Sequence record: SRR22947725_9170
DNA: 32,932 nucleotides
Direction: 5' to 3' (one strand)
In this document: positions 7,194-16,842 of the stretch, piece by piece
Numbering within the stretch: position 1 is the stretch's first letter
Layout: each line of letters begins with the position of its first letter
Made by a program: the position numbers and the translations under genes
The notes under the pieces: generated by a model
The model's input: the letters and a program-made list of their open reading frames with translations, nothing else
Database searches by the model: none
What the model was told of the DNA's origin: nothing

Positions 7194-8936
7194 CTACCAG
7201 GTTACCGGGGGAAGTACCGCGGGTTCACTCGAAGGTGCAACGCGATAGTGCTTGAGCACGTGGGACATCAGGTCATGAAAGGCAGGCGCGGCGGCGGTGG
7301 ACACCCGAGAAGTTTGGGGCTTGTAAAAACTCACCAACACCACATACTCAGGGTTCTCCGCAGGCGCCATCCCGGCCAAAGAAATAACCCGCTCTGCTCC
7401 ATACCCCTGGGAGTTTGCAATTTCGGCCGTTCCGGTCTTAGCCGCCACCCGATACCCGGGGATACCGAGGACATTTCTGAGCGGCCCCTGGGCAACGATG
7501 GTTTCCAGGCTCCGAATCACCTGGTCCGAGGCGCTTTGTGAAACAACTCGAATCGGTTCTTGCACGGGGTTCTCCACGAGCACGCCGGCATTGGACACGC
7601 ACCCCTCCACCAAGCGCAGCGGAACGCGAAGACCGCCGTTGGCCAGTGTTTGATAGGAACCAGCCATTTGAGCGGCGGTCACAGATATTCCCTGGCCAAA
7701 GAACTGGTTATAACGAGAGACGATATCCAAACCGCCCCCCGTTTTCAAGAGACCGTTTGATTCACCCAAAAAATCAACGCCTGTGGCAGAGCCAAAGCCA
7801 AACTTTTGGAAATAGCTGGTGGCCGTAGCGCGCGGCATGCGGCTAGAGAGTACGGAGAGACCGGTGTTTGAGGACGTATATAACACTCCAGCAGTGGTGA
7901 GTTGAGTGTCCTGAGCCACCGAAGAGTTTTTGATGTAGCGATCGTCGTAGAGCCTGAAAATGCCGGGAGCAACGATCTTCTCTTCGGCATACGTATATCC
8001 GCCATCAATCAGCATGGCAACGCCAATGGCTTTCATGATGGACCCAGGCTCATAGGGGGAGGAAAAAACCCGAGCTCCGGTGTTCGATGTGGGGGTTTGG
8101 GCAAAGTCGTTGGGGTCAAAAGTGGGCCAGTCAGCGGCTGCCAAAATATGGCCATCCGACACCCGCACAACCATGGCAGAACCGTGCTCGGCACCCAGCC
8201 GGCTTCCGTGTTCGGCCAACTGTTGCAACACGTACCACTGAAGGTCACTATCAAGGGTCAGGACAACGTCACCGCCATGAACGGGGTCCACCACCGTCTC
8301 AGTGGTGCCGGGGAGCCTGACGCCATCGGCACCGCGCTGATAGGTCGCCACGCCATTATCAGCGGCTAAACAGTCGTCCCAATCCAGTTCAACACCCGCG
8401 AGGGGCTGGTCGGTACCGAGCATTCCCGTGATGTTTCCCGCTACCGGACCGAAAGGATAGGTGCGCTCACGCACCAAATCCATTTGTAGCCAGGGGATGC
8501 CCAACTCGCGAAGGGCGAGATGGACCTCTGGGCTAACACCTTTGACCAAGTAAGTGAAGCGAGCCTCGGGGTCTTTACGGATGGCAAACAACATTTCGTC
8601 GGCGTTTGCTCCGGTGATGTCAGCAATTTCAGAAAGCGCGACCTCCAAAGAAAGGGTCTCCCCCGCGCGGCGAAAATCACCGCTCACGCTGGGGTCTGCA
8701 CTGACGTCATAGCGGTCGACATCGAGAGCCAAGTCATTTCCAAAGCTGTCGACGATTGACCCTCGAGACGCCCAGATTGTCCCACTAGTGGTGCGGATGG
8801 CCTCGGACTCTCCCTGAAGCTCGCTGGCCCGCACCACCTGAACATCGACCAGTTTGGTCATCAACAGGCTGGCGGTCGCAAAAACTAACACCAGGACCAG
8901 AGCCATACGGCGGCCTGTCATGCGCTGGTGGGTCAC
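7194..8936 (-). CDS. ftsI: Class B penicillin-binding protein FtsI (PBP3 / PbpB)
   Basis: N-terminal TM anchor, RGSIVD, LTLDSDLQ, and transpeptidase motifs SIMK (EPGSIMK), SSN and KTGT. Confidence 0.95.
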   Translation of the reverse strand: MTHQRMTGRRMALVLVLVFATASLLMTKLVDVQVVRASELQGESEAIRTTSGTIWASRGSIVDSFGNDLALDVDRYDVSADPSVSGDFRRAGETLSLEVALSEIADITGANADEMLFAIRKDPEARFTYLVKGVSPEVHLALRELGIPWLQMDLVRERTYPFGPVAGNITGMLGTDQPLAGVELDWDDCLAADNGVATYQRGADGVRLPGTTETVVDPVHGGDVVLTLDSDLQWYVLQQLAEHGSRLGAEHGSAMVVRVSDGHILAAADWPTFDPNDFAQTPTSNTGARVFSSPYEPGSIMKAIGVAMLIDGGYTYAEEKIVAPGIFRLYDDRYIKNSSVAQDTQLTTAGVLYTSSNTGLSVLSSRMPRATATSYFQKFGFGSATGVDFLGESNGLLKTGGGLDIVSRYNQFFGQGISVTAAQMAGSYQTLANGGLRVPLRLVEGCVSNAGVLVENPVQEPIRVVSQSASDQVIRSLETIVAQGPLRNVLGIPGYRVAAKTGTAEIANSQGYGAERVISLAGMAPAENPEYVVLVSFYKPQTSRVSTAAAPAFHDLMSHVLKHYRVAPSSEPAVLPPVTW

Positions 8937-8945
8937 GAAGACTGC

Positions 8946-9584
8946 CTAGCGCGTAATCGGCGAAGGAATAGAGCCACCGAAGGTGGCCACGGGAATAGGC
9001 TGGGTCACCATGGCGGCATGAATGGATGCTTCACCGGACTCAACCACGGGAACGTGTGCTGCGCGCAGGGCGTCCTCCGCGCTGAGTTCATAGGCTGCTT
9101 GAGCGCTGAGAGAAGCAAAGACGTCTGTCACGATCTGGACAGGCACGAACGCCTCCGTCCCCGCGGTCACCGTGTAAATCTGGCCCTGTCCAGCTTCGGC
9201 TGCAGGTGCTGCTTCCCCCAGGACTGCTCCATCAGAGACCCGCAAATACGCTGGGTTGTTGTCTTCAACCATTCCCATCGAACCCGCCAGAGACGCGAGA
9301 GTATCCGGCGCGGTGAGCGCACCGATTTCTTCCGCGACGATTTGCAAGCTTTGTTCGCTTTGACGCATCTCACCTTTGAGAGATGCAATCTCGTAGGCAC
9401 CGCTGGAGACACTGATGGAAAGCAACAGCTGCCCTCCTAGAATCGCAAAAATGCCCGCCAAAGTCACCACGATATAGCGCAGCTTTGGCGCGGTGGTTGT
9501 GCTGGTTTCTTTGCGTGTCGCGGGAGCCCCGGTTACCGGACTTCGGCGGCGGCTCGCGGCGGAAATAGCTACTCGTGCGGTCAT
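8946..9584 (-). CDS. ftsL: FtsL-like cell division protein
   Basis: Basic N-terminus, one TM (YIVVTLAGIFAILGGQLLLSI), coiled coil, LGMV-like MGMV...PAYLR segment; lies between rsmH and ftsI. Confidence 0.75.
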   Translation of the reverse strand: MTARVAISAASRRRSPVTGAPATRKETSTTTAPKLRYIVVTLAGIFAILGGQLLLSISVSSGAYEIASLKGEMRQSEQSLQIVAEEIGALTAPDTLASLAGSMGMVEDNNPAYLRVSDGAVLGEAAPAAEAGQGQIYTVTAGTEAFVPVQIVTDVFASLSAQAAYELSAEDALRAAHVPVVESGEASIHAAMVTQPIPVATFGGSIPSPITR

Positions 9585-10540
9585 CGACTCACCCTTCGGG
9601 TTCTCTCTGCTGCCCGGGTGCGCACCGATGCGCTCCTAGGGTTTACTGCTCGCTCTTCCGGGGTTGCCATTTCGGCTCCCCGGGTGATCTCGCTGAATTC
9701 GCTGCGGTGTTCCGGCAGCTCCTCAGGAAGCCCCAGGGGTGCAGTGGAAGAACTCCGCTGGCGGATGACCTTCTTCACCAGACGGTCTTCGCCCGAGTGA
9801 TAGGACATGACGACGATGCGCCCGCCTACCGCGAGACGATCCATGGCAACGGGGAGCACTGCCGCTAGAGACTCCAACTCCCGATTTACTTCGATTCGTA
9901 GCGCTTGGAAAACTCTCTTAGCCGGGTGACCGCGGTCTTTCAGTGCATAGGGGGTAGCGCTCTGCAAGAGGTCCACTACTTGAGCTGTGGTGCGAAGTGG
10001 GCTGCCGTCGCGATGGGCAACAATGGCCCTCGCGTACCGACCGGCCATTTTTTCATCACCAAAAGTCCGGAAAATATCGGCGAGCTCATCCACCGAGTAC
10101 GTGCGAAGAATCCCTTCTGCTGTGACATCGTCACTCACGTCCATGCGCATATCCAGGGGCGCATCCACGGCATAAGAGAAGCCGCGCTCTGGCTTATCTA
10201 GGTGAAGCGAGGAGACTCCCAAGTCCAAGAGAATCCCCGCAGGTTCTCCTCCTGGAAAATGATGGTCTAACGCTGCTGCCATCGTGTCGTAGCGCCCGTG
10301 GTGGAAAGTGAATCTGTCGCTGAAGCGCGCCAGTCTGAGGGACGCGAGGTTCCCCGCCTCGATGTCTCGGTCAATGCCGAGCAGGCGGAGTGCGGGGAAT
10401 GCTTCGAGGAAGGCCTCGGCGTGACCGCCCAATCCGAGAGTGGCATCAACCAGTAGGGCGCCTTCGTGGCCCAGAGCGGGACCCAGCAGCTCGAGAACGC
10501 GATCTCGCATTACGGGGATATGTTCATACGTTGTCATCAT
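9581..10540 (-). CDS. rsmH: 16S rRNA m4C1402 methyltransferase RsmH (MraW)
   Basis: HIPVM, DATLGLGGHA, DLGVSS, RGFSY, PLDMRM, FQALRIEVNREL, SYHSGEDR, NPRSAS motifs. Confidence 0.97.
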   Translation of the reverse strand: MMTTYEHIPVMRDRVLELLGPALGHEGALLVDATLGLGGHAEAFLEAFPALRLLGIDRDIEAGNLASLRLARFSDRFTFHHGRYDTMAAALDHHFPGGEPAGILLDLGVSSLHLDKPERGFSYAVDAPLDMRMDVSDDVTAEGILRTYSVDELADIFRTFGDEKMAGRYARAIVAHRDGSPLRTTAQVVDLLQSATPYALKDRGHPAKRVFQALRIEVNRELESLAAVLPVAMDRLAVGGRIVVMSYHSGEDRLVKKVIRQRSSSTAPLGLPEELPEHRSEFSEITRGAEMATPEERAVNPRSASVRTRAAERTRRVSR

Positions 10541-10571
10541 CGATGGCCCTGTCCTGGGCCCGGATTCGAGA

Positions 10572-10631
10572 TTCCCCTCCGTTCTTTCGACCTGGAACCG
10601 GGGAAGGTGATACAGGGCGAACGGACGGGAG
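10572..10631 (-). ncRNA. mraW RNA motif-like cis-regulatory hairpin in the mraZ-rsmH spacer
   Basis: On the minus strand TCCCGTCCGTTC pairs with GAACGGAGGGGA, with an inner CCTG/CAGG stem and a loop containing CCTTCCCC. This matches the actinobacterial mraW motif in position and loop sequence. Confidence 0.8.
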
Positions 10632-10645
10632 TCACGAACACGGGA

Positions 10646-11077
10646 TTACAGGAGTCCGGGAATCACCTCCTCCTCGGTCTCGGAAAAGGCTTGCTCGCGA
10701 TCGCTGTAGTACTGGTCCCAGGCGGTCGTCGCCCAAATCTCGGCGCGGTTTCCTGCACCGATGACGGTCAATTCACGCTCGAGCCCTGCGTAATCGCGAA
10801 GGGCAGGAGGGACGGTGACGCGGTTTTGCTTATCCGGAATTTCAGAACTCGCCCCGGAGAGGAACAGTCGCAAAAAGTCACGCCCCGCCTTAGAGGTGAG
10901 GGGAGCATCCCGAAGCCGCTCCACGTGAGTGTCGAAATCTTTGGCTGTGAAGACGTAGATGCAACGCTCTTGCCCCCGCGTCAGAACTAAACCGTTGGCC
11001 AATTCCTCCCGAAACCGGGCGGGAAGGATGACTCGGCCCTTGTCGTCGAGCTTGGGAGCGTGCGTACCCAAGAACAT
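10646..11077 (-). CDS. mraZ: Division/cell wall cluster transcriptional repressor MraZ
   Basis: [23 protein letters not shown]; second repeat [15 protein letters not shown]; 143 aa. Confidence 0.97.
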   Translation of the reverse strand: MFLGTHAPKLDDKGRVILPARFREELANGLVLTRGQERCIYVFTAKDFDTHVERLRDAPLTSKAGRDFLRLFLSGASSEIPDKQNRVTVPPALRDYAGLERELTVIGAGNRAEIWATTAWDQYYSDREQAFSETEEEVIPGLL

Positions 11078-11117
11078 CGCGCCCCCCTTTCACATTCCGG
11101 CCAATTGGAAGCATTCA

Positions 11118-11154
11118 CCACTTTACTCCACTTTTCTCCAAAATGCACCACTTT
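11118..11154 (-). promoter_or_regulatory. MraZ operator: direct repeats with 10-bp period
   Basis: CCACTTT at 11118, 11128 and 11148 plus a variant CCAAAAT at 11138 (AAAGTGG on the minus strand), just upstream of mraZ. Confidence 0.8.
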
Positions 11155-11227
11155 GTGACAATTTTTTGGTGCAACGCACAACGGGCTCCCCACCCCTCAA
11201 TTACTGGGATCGAGAGGTAGGGACAAC

Positions 11228-11253
11228 AAAAAACCGGCCCCTCGGGGCCGGTT
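11228..11253 (-). terminator. Intrinsic terminator downstream of the DUF3040 gene
   Basis: Minus strand AACCGGCCCC-GA-GGGGCCGGTT followed by more T residues: GC-rich stem plus U-tract. Confidence 0.8.
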
Positions 11254-11290
11254 CGACTGTGTCTAGTGGAAGGTTTTCCCTCCACTTTGG

Positions 11291-11668
11291 CTACAGGTTG
11301 CCTCCACCTTGCCGGCGATCCCAGCGCTCATTCAGGCGATCCATCAGGCTCGCCTGCGACGGGGCTCGGCCCTGAGCAGTGGCACGTGAGCCAACGTCCG
11401 CGACCGAGGGCTTGGCAGGGACAGTCGCTGCCAACAGGACACCCGAGAACAAAACGGCGAAACCAAGAATTCCCACGAGCGTCACATCCGCATACACTCC
11501 GATAATCATCGTGACGATTCCCACGAGGCCAACGACTACCCCTATGCCAATGGCGGTGTAGTTGGGGGCGCGAACAAGCCCACTCGTGGACATAACGTCA
11601 GCCTCGTTCTTATAAAGGTTGCGCTCCATCTCATCGAGAAGGCGTTGCTCGTTCTCGGATAGTGGCAT
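11291..11668 (-). CDS. DUF3040 family membrane protein
   Basis: MPLSENEQRLLDEMERNLY, two TM helices, C-terminal MDRLNERWDRR; typical gene upstream of mraZ in actinobacteria; AGGAG RBS. Confidence 0.9.
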   Translation of the reverse strand: MPLSENEQRLLDEMERNLYKNEADVMSTSGLVRAPNYTAIGIGVVVGLVGIVTMIIGVYADVTLVGILGFAVLFSGVLLAATVPAKPSVADVGSRATAQGRAPSQASLMDRLNERWDRRQGGGNL

Positions 11669-11724
11669 TTAAGTTCTCCTGCGGGTATGAACAGTAAAAT
11701 TATTTTAGCCCGGTTTCCTGTGGA

Positions 11725-11730
11725 TAGGCT
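11725..11730 (+). promoter_or_regulatory. -10 element of a probable leaderless idsA transcript
   Basis: TAGGCT 6 nt before GTG 11737; no SD in the spacer. Confidence 0.55.
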
Positions 11731-11736
11731 AGTACG

Positions 11737-12855
11737 GTGCCGGAGCAAACTAAGTTAGTCACCGTTGTCGATGAACGCCTCGCCTCGTTCCTTTCTTCGC
11801 GAGAAGAAGCGATGGCTGTCATCTCGCCTGATCTCGGTCATCTCGCTGACTACGCCCGAAACCTTCTCGGTAACGGCAAGCGCTTCCGCGCCCGATTTTG
11901 CTATTGGGGATGGCGCGCTGCGCAGACCTCCCTCGACGCGATTGATCAGGTGGGCGGGACCGAGACACTCTCGGACATTGAACCCGTGGTTTCTTTGGCG
12001 ACCTCACTCGAAGTGTTTCACGCTGCCGCTCTCGTCCACGACGACATTATGGACAACTCGGATACCCGCCGGGGCTTCGCTTCCGCACACCGCAGCTTTG
12101 AATCAATCCACCATCAACGCGGGTACTCCGGTGGGGGCGCTCGTTTTGGCGAATCCACCGCACTGCTCCTGGGTGACCTTCTTCTGGCGTGGAGCGACGA
12201 CTTGTTGACCGAAGCGCTGGGCCAGCAAGACCCGACCGTGGCCCACGCCACAAGAACCGAGTTCACCAGAATGCGCCAGGAAGTAACGCTGGGGCAGTAC
12301 TTAGATATCCATGAAGAAGCCGCCTGGCTTCACACCGCCTTGGACGAGCGACTGGAGCGAGCACTCCGCGTGGTGACCTATAAATCGGCCAAATACAGCA
12401 TGGAAGCCCCCCTTCTCATTGGGGCATCACTCGCCGGCGCCACCGCGGAGGTGCTGGAAGATCTTTCCGCTTTTGGGCTTCCCCTGGGCATCGCTTTCCA
12501 ACTGCGCGATGACCTGCTCGGCGTCTTTGGTGACTCCGAAGTCACCGGCAAACCCTCAGGGGATGACCTGCGCGAAGGCAAACGAACCGCCCTGATTGCC
12601 GTGGGAGAACAGTCAATGCCACCTGGCGCGCAGAGCCTGTTCAACGAATTATTGGGCGATCGGAGCTTGACGGGTGAACAGATTGACGTTCTGCAATCAA
12701 CGCTGCGCCGGACCGGGGCTGTGGAAGAGGTGGAAGCGCTGATCGATCAGTATTCAAAAGATGCGCTCATCGCTTTGGAGTCAGCACGAATCGCGCCAGG
12801 GGCAAAAAAGGAACTCAGTCGCTTAGCGGCCGCGGTCACACAGCGTCAGTCCTAG
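11737..12855 (+). CDS. idsA: Polyprenyl (geranylgeranyl) diphosphate synthase
   Basis: GKRFR, LVHDDIMDNSDTRRG (first Asp-rich motif), GQYLD, YKSAKY, FQLRDDLLGVFGD...TGKPSGDDLREGKRT. Confidence 0.92.
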   Translation: MPEQTKLVTVVDERLASFLSSREEAMAVISPDLGHLADYARNLLGNGKRFRARFCYWGWRAAQTSLDAIDQVGGTETLSDIEPVVSLATSLEVFHAAALVHDDIMDNSDTRRGFASAHRSFESIHHQRGYSGGGARFGESTALLLGDLLLAWSDDLLTEALGQQDPTVAHATRTEFTRMRQEVTLGQYLDIHEEAAWLHTALDERLERALRVVTYKSAKYSMEAPLLIGASLAGATAEVLEDLSAFGLPLGIAFQLRDDLLGVFGDSEVTGKPSGDDLREGKRTALIAVGEQSMPPGAQSLFNELLGDRSLTGEQIDVLQSTLRRTGAVEEVEALIDQYSKDALIALESARIAPGAKKELSRLAAAVTQRQS

Positions 12856-12864
12856 CGGAAACGC

Positions 12865-13203
12865 TTAGAGGGCAAGAACTTGAGCGACCCTTCGAACTTC
12901 TGTTTTGCGGCCCCAGCGAATCGCTTCCACCGGGGTGACACCCAATCCTTCGTGATGGCTCAGTAGCCACTCCACCGCTTCCTCTTCACTAAATCCGCCA
13001 TCGAGCAGAACAATCACGGTTCCCGCCAAGTCTTTCAGCGGCTCCTCACCGTTAAGAAAAGCTTCGGGAATACAAAAGACGCCCTCAATCTTTTGCCCTA
13101 AGAGAGCTCGATCTTCGACAAGCCGGCGAACTTTGCCAGGGATGGTGTCCAGCCGCTCTGCGACATCGGGGACGCTGAGCCAGGAGGTTTCTTCGGGGAA
13201 CAC
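12865..13203 (-). CDS. Rv2175c-family DNA-binding protein
   Basis: WLSVPDVAERL HTH start, IPEAFL, GTVIVLLDGGF, GRKTEVRRVAQ; conserved position between idsA and the PASTA kinase. Confidence 0.88.
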   Translation of the reverse strand: MFPEETSWLSVPDVAERLDTIPGKVRRLVEDRALLGQKIEGVFCIPEAFLNGEEPLKDLAGTVIVLLDGGFSEEEAVEWLLSHHEGLGVTPVEAIRWGRKTEVRRVAQVLAL

Positions 13204-13374
13204 GGGTTAACTGTGCCAGACATTCGGCTTGTGGAATGACATAACGAATGTTTCGGGGAGATTAACCCTCGCCACAGCAGTAACAATGATTGACTCGAGT
13301 ATCATCCTGTGACACCGTTAACTGCGGAGGGTCGCTCAGCATCTGAGCGCACATTCGCGACACGATAGGACTTG

Positions 13375-14817
13375 ATGTCTGAAACCGAGCTCCCGCACTC
13401 CTCCTTAGAGGAGCCTGTGGAGAGCCTTGAGCGTCGAGTGTTTCGCGACCTTGCTCCGCGGGTGGCTCAGTTTGACCCACCCTGCCCCACCGGTCCTGGC
13501 TCCCTCCGGAAACGGGTTTTTTCCAGCATCCCCCTCATCATGACGGGAACTCTCGCTACCGGGGTCATCGCCACTCCTGGCATCGCTTCTCTCGCTCCGG
13601 ATGAAACCGAGAGCGCAGGGGGTAGTGCCGAGGAGTCTGACGCGCGCCCCAGTTTTTCTGACCGACTCCAAACAGCTTTTCTCCCCATCGCCCAGAGGAT
13701 ATTGAGCGCTACGGGGTCAGAGCTGCCGGCGACCTACGCGGTCCAATCAGGCGACAGTGTTTCCGGCATTGCCGATCGGTTCGGTATCCCCACCCCAGCA
13801 ATCTTGACCCTCAATGGACTGGGCTGGGACGCCGTGGTTCATGAAGGGCAGATTCTGAAGCTCACACCCGAGCCGACAAAGAAGCGGCAAGCGTCGCCTG
13901 CCAGGGTTCTGGGTGATGGCTACCTCGTTCACAACGGGGAAACCGCCAGTGAGATCGCGGATCGCCTCGGCATCTCTACCGAAGCGCTCCTCGAACACAA
14001 CGACCTGGATAAGGGCGCCGTCATTTATGCGGGACAGTTTATTTCCTTACCCGGCGTTACCAAGGACGTGGTATCCCGAGACGCGGTGACCCCCGCCCCT
14101 GTTTTCCCCACAATCATCGCTGCATCACTTGAGAGCACCGAAGCCACCAGCGCCACCGAGGATGACGCAGAGCCATCTCCCACGTTCGATTCAGCCGACC
14201 TCGAGTTATTAGAGAGCCCCGCCCTCATCACGGTGAAGGTGCCAGAGAAAAAGGTCGTTGCAAAAGTGACCCCGGCCCCCGCTGCCCCGGCTCCTGTGGC
14301 GGCTTCTCCTGCCCCATCGTCCCCGTCGCCCTCGGCCGCCGAAGTTTCAGAACAAGAAGAAGAAGCTGCGCCGAACGGAGTAGGACAACCCGTCAGCGGA
14401 AGCATCACTCCGTTAAATGATGAACGCAGAGGGAACGCGCAGATCATTATCAATGTCGGTCGAGAGTTGGGCGTGCCCGATTACGGCATTGTGATCGCCC
14501 TTGCCACTGCCATGCAAGAGTCTTCACTGCGCAACATCAACTGGGGTGACCGCGATTCGGTCGGTCTATACCAGCAGCGGCCCTCCACCGGCTGGGGCAC
14601 CGTGGAGGAACTCCTTGACCCGGCGTATGCCACACGGTTGTTCTTAGGAGGCGCTTCTAACCCCAACACGGGACGCACCCGAGGGCTGCTCGATGTTTCG
14701 GGTTGGGAAAAGATGACGCTGACCGACGCCGCCCAGCGAGTTCAAATTTCAGCGTATCCAGAGGCCTATGCAAAATGGGAAGCTAGCGCCTGGGCCTGGC
14801 TCTATGAATTGACGTAG
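13375..14817 (+). CDS. LysM-repeat cell wall protein with C-terminal lysozyme-like domain
   Basis: Two LysM repeats (YAVQSGDSVSGIADRFG, YLVHNGETASEIADRLG), Pro/Ala linker, C-terminal ALATAMQESSLRN..GDRDSVGLYQQRPSTGWG. Hydrophobic segment near residues 50-70. Start uncertain. Confidence 0.85.
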   Translation: MSETELPHSSLEEPVESLERRVFRDLAPRVAQFDPPCPTGPGSLRKRVFSSIPLIMTGTLATGVIATPGIASLAPDETESAGGSAEESDARPSFSDRLQTAFLPIAQRILSATGSELPATYAVQSGDSVSGIADRFGIPTPAILTLNGLGWDAVVHEGQILKLTPEPTKKRQASPARVLGDGYLVHNGETASEIADRLGISTEALLEHNDLDKGAVIYAGQFISLPGVTKDVVSRDAVTPAPVFPTIIAASLESTEATSATEDDAEPSPTFDSADLELLESPALITVKVPEKKVVAKVTPAPAAPAPVAASPAPSSPSPSAAEVSEQEEEAAPNGVGQPVSGSITPLNDERRGNAQIIINVGRELGVPDYGIVIALATAMQESSLRNINWGDRDSVGLYQQRPSTGWGTVEELLDPAYATRLFLGGASNPNTGRTRGLLDVSGWEKMTLTDAAQRVQISAYPEAYAKWEASAWAWLYELT

Positions 14818-14852
14818 TGGAGTGGCAACCCGCTAGGTTAGCTCTTCCTGCG

Positions 14853-14858
14853 TACAAT
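14853..14858 (+). promoter_or_regulatory. -10 element of a probable leaderless pknL transcript
   Basis: TACAAT 7 nt before ATG 14866. Confidence 0.6.
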
Positions 14859-14865
14859 CCAAAGA

Positions 14866-16842
14866 ATGGACGCCCCCACCGCTGACCCTCTTGTGGGGTT
14901 GCTGGTTGATGGTCGCTATCTCATTCAAAGCCGGGTCGCACGTGGGGGTATGGCCACCGTCTATCAGGCACTTGACCAGCGCTTAGAGAGACCTGTGGCC
15001 ATCAAGGTCATGCACCCTCACCTCGCCGAGGATGCTGAGTTCACCAGGCGCTTCATCCAAGAAGCGAGGCAAGCGGCTCGCCTTGCGCACCCGAACATCG
15101 TCAATGTCTTCGATCAGGGCCAAGAAGGCGCCCTCACCTACATCGTGATGGAATATTTGCCGGGCATCACGCTGCGAGAGTTACTGCAGGATTTTGGAGC
15201 CCTCACCGTGGGGCAAACCCTTGACATTGTGACCGCGGTGCTCAATGGTCTCGACGCAGCCCACACGGCGGGCATCGTGCATCGGGACTTGAAGCCCGAA
15301 AACGTTTTGCTTGCGGATGACGGTCGCATCAAAATAGCTGATTTTGGCCTTGCCAGAGCTTCCACCCACAACACCGCAACTTCTCAAGCTCTTTTGGGGA
15401 CCATCGCCTACCTCTCCCCCGAGCTGATTTCTCGGGGCGAAGCAGACCTGCGAAGTGACATCTATGCCCTCGGCATCATGATGTTTGAAATGTTGACCGG
15501 TGAACAGCCCTACCAGGGCGATCAAGCAGTCACCATTGCCTACCAACACGCGAATGACATTGTCCCCGCCCCCAGCACGAAAAACCCTGACATCCCCGCT
15601 GCCTTTGACGAACTCGTTGACTGGTGCACGCGTCGCTCGCCGGACGAGAGACCTCCCCACGCTCGCGCCGTGTTGGAACACGTCCGTTCCTTAGAGTCCC
15701 TCGTCGGCGCACCCCCCACCCAACCGCTTCGAACCCTCGATCAAACGATCGCCATGACGCAGCGAATGTCCCCCCTAGACCTGGAGGAAACCCAGGTTCT
15801 GAACCCCAAGGCCGGTGTGTTTGATGGTTTAGAACCCACCTCCTCCATCGGCACTATTTCCCAAGACACCGGGGAGATCCCGCCTCAAGAACCCGTTGCG
15901 CGCCGTCGCAGAAGTGGCGGGTCACGGTGGGCATGGATCAGCGCCTTCATCCTCGTGATTGTCATTGGTGGAGGAGGAGGAGCCGCGTTGTGGTGGGTGA
16001 ATGGGCCGGGGGCGATGACCACCGTCCCGGACGTTTCCGGAATCAGCGTCAGCACCGCCACCACAACTCTGGTGGCAGCGGAGTTAGTGGTGTCAGCAAC
16101 ACCGCTGGAAGAATTTGACCTTGTCCTGTCCGCCGGCACCGTGAAGGGAACGTCACCCGGCTCTGGCGAAAACGTGGATAAGGGCACTGAGGTGACACTG
16201 ATTGTGTCGCTCGGCCCCAACCCCGTTAGCGTCCCCTCGTTGGCAGGGGAAACCCTCGATAGCGCCCGCGCCCTGCTGGAGGAACTCAACCTCATACTGG
16301 GTGTGACGCGGGAAGAATTTAGTGCCAGCGCGGCGAAGGGAACACTGTTGCGCCTCACCGATACCTCCGGGCTTGCCCTCGCCCCCGGGAGCGAAATACT
16401 CGCTGGGTCCACGCTCGACGCCGTCCTCTCGGCAGGTGTCATTCCCGATGTCACCGGGCTCACCGTGGATGAAGCCCAAGCGATGCTCAACCAGGTCGGA
16501 CTCAGCGGAGTCGTCGGTGGCGATGGCGCCTACTCCGATTCGATTGCCGAGGGCTCCGTCGTCGAGATTTTGGCCGCCACTACCCAAACCTTCGCCCCCG
16601 GTGACACCCTCACCCTCGTTGTCTCACGGGGGCCCGAACTCGTAATGGTGCCCGACGTGGTGGGCGACACCATTGCCGACGCGAAGGCAAAACTGGAATC
16701 ACTCGGTTTCAGCGTGGAAGTCCGATCGGAATATCCGGAATCAGATTGGGACCGCTCATTCGCCCGGGTGACCAGCATCGACCCCAGTGCCAGTCAGGAA
16801 GTGGTGAAAGGTACCACCATCATTCTGCGCAGCTTCATTTAG
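14866..16842 (+). CDS. pknL: PASTA-domain Ser/Thr protein kinase (PknL/PknB type)
   Basis: ARGGMATVY, VAIKVM, HRDLKPEN, DFGLA, GTIAYLSPE, one TM, about four PASTA repeats (VPDVSG, VPSLAG, IPDVTG, VPDVVG). Synteny with Rv2175c and aroG matches pknL. Confidence 0.9.
   Translation: MDAPTADPLVGLLVDGRYLIQSRVARGGMATVYQALDQRLERPVAIKVMHPHLAEDAEFTRRFIQEARQAARLAHPNIVNVFDQGQEGALTYIVMEYLPGITLRELLQDFGALTVGQTLDIVTAVLNGLDAAHTAGIVHRDLKPENVLLADDGRIKIADFGLARASTHNTATSQALLGTIAYLSPELISRGEADLRSDIYALGIMMFEMLTGEQPYQGDQAVTIAYQHANDIVPAPSTKNPDIPAAFDELVDWCTRRSPDERPPHARAVLEHVRSLESLVGAPPTQPLRTLDQTIAMTQRMSPLDLEETQVLNPKAGVFDGLEPTSSIGTISQDTGEIPPQEPVARRRRSGGSRWAWISAFILVIVIGGGGGAALWWVNGPGAMTTVPDVSGISVSTATTTLVAAELVVSATPLEEFDLVLSAGTVKGTSPGSGENVDKGTEVTLIVSLGPNPVSVPSLAGETLDSARALLEELNLILGVTREEFSASAAKGTLLRLTDTSGLALAPGSEILAGSTLDAVLSAGVIPDVTGLTVDEAQAMLNQVGLSGVVGGDGAYSDSIAEGSVVEILAATTQTFAPGDTLTLVVSRGPELVMVPDVVGDTIADAKAKLESLGFSVEVRSEYPESDWDRSFARVTSIDPSASQEVVKGTTIILRSFI

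Noticed and set aside
14270-14340. GC-rich quasi-repeat (CCGGCCCCC/GCTGCCCCG)
   Set aside because: It encodes the Pro/Ala linker of the LysM protein and is not a DNA-level repeat element.
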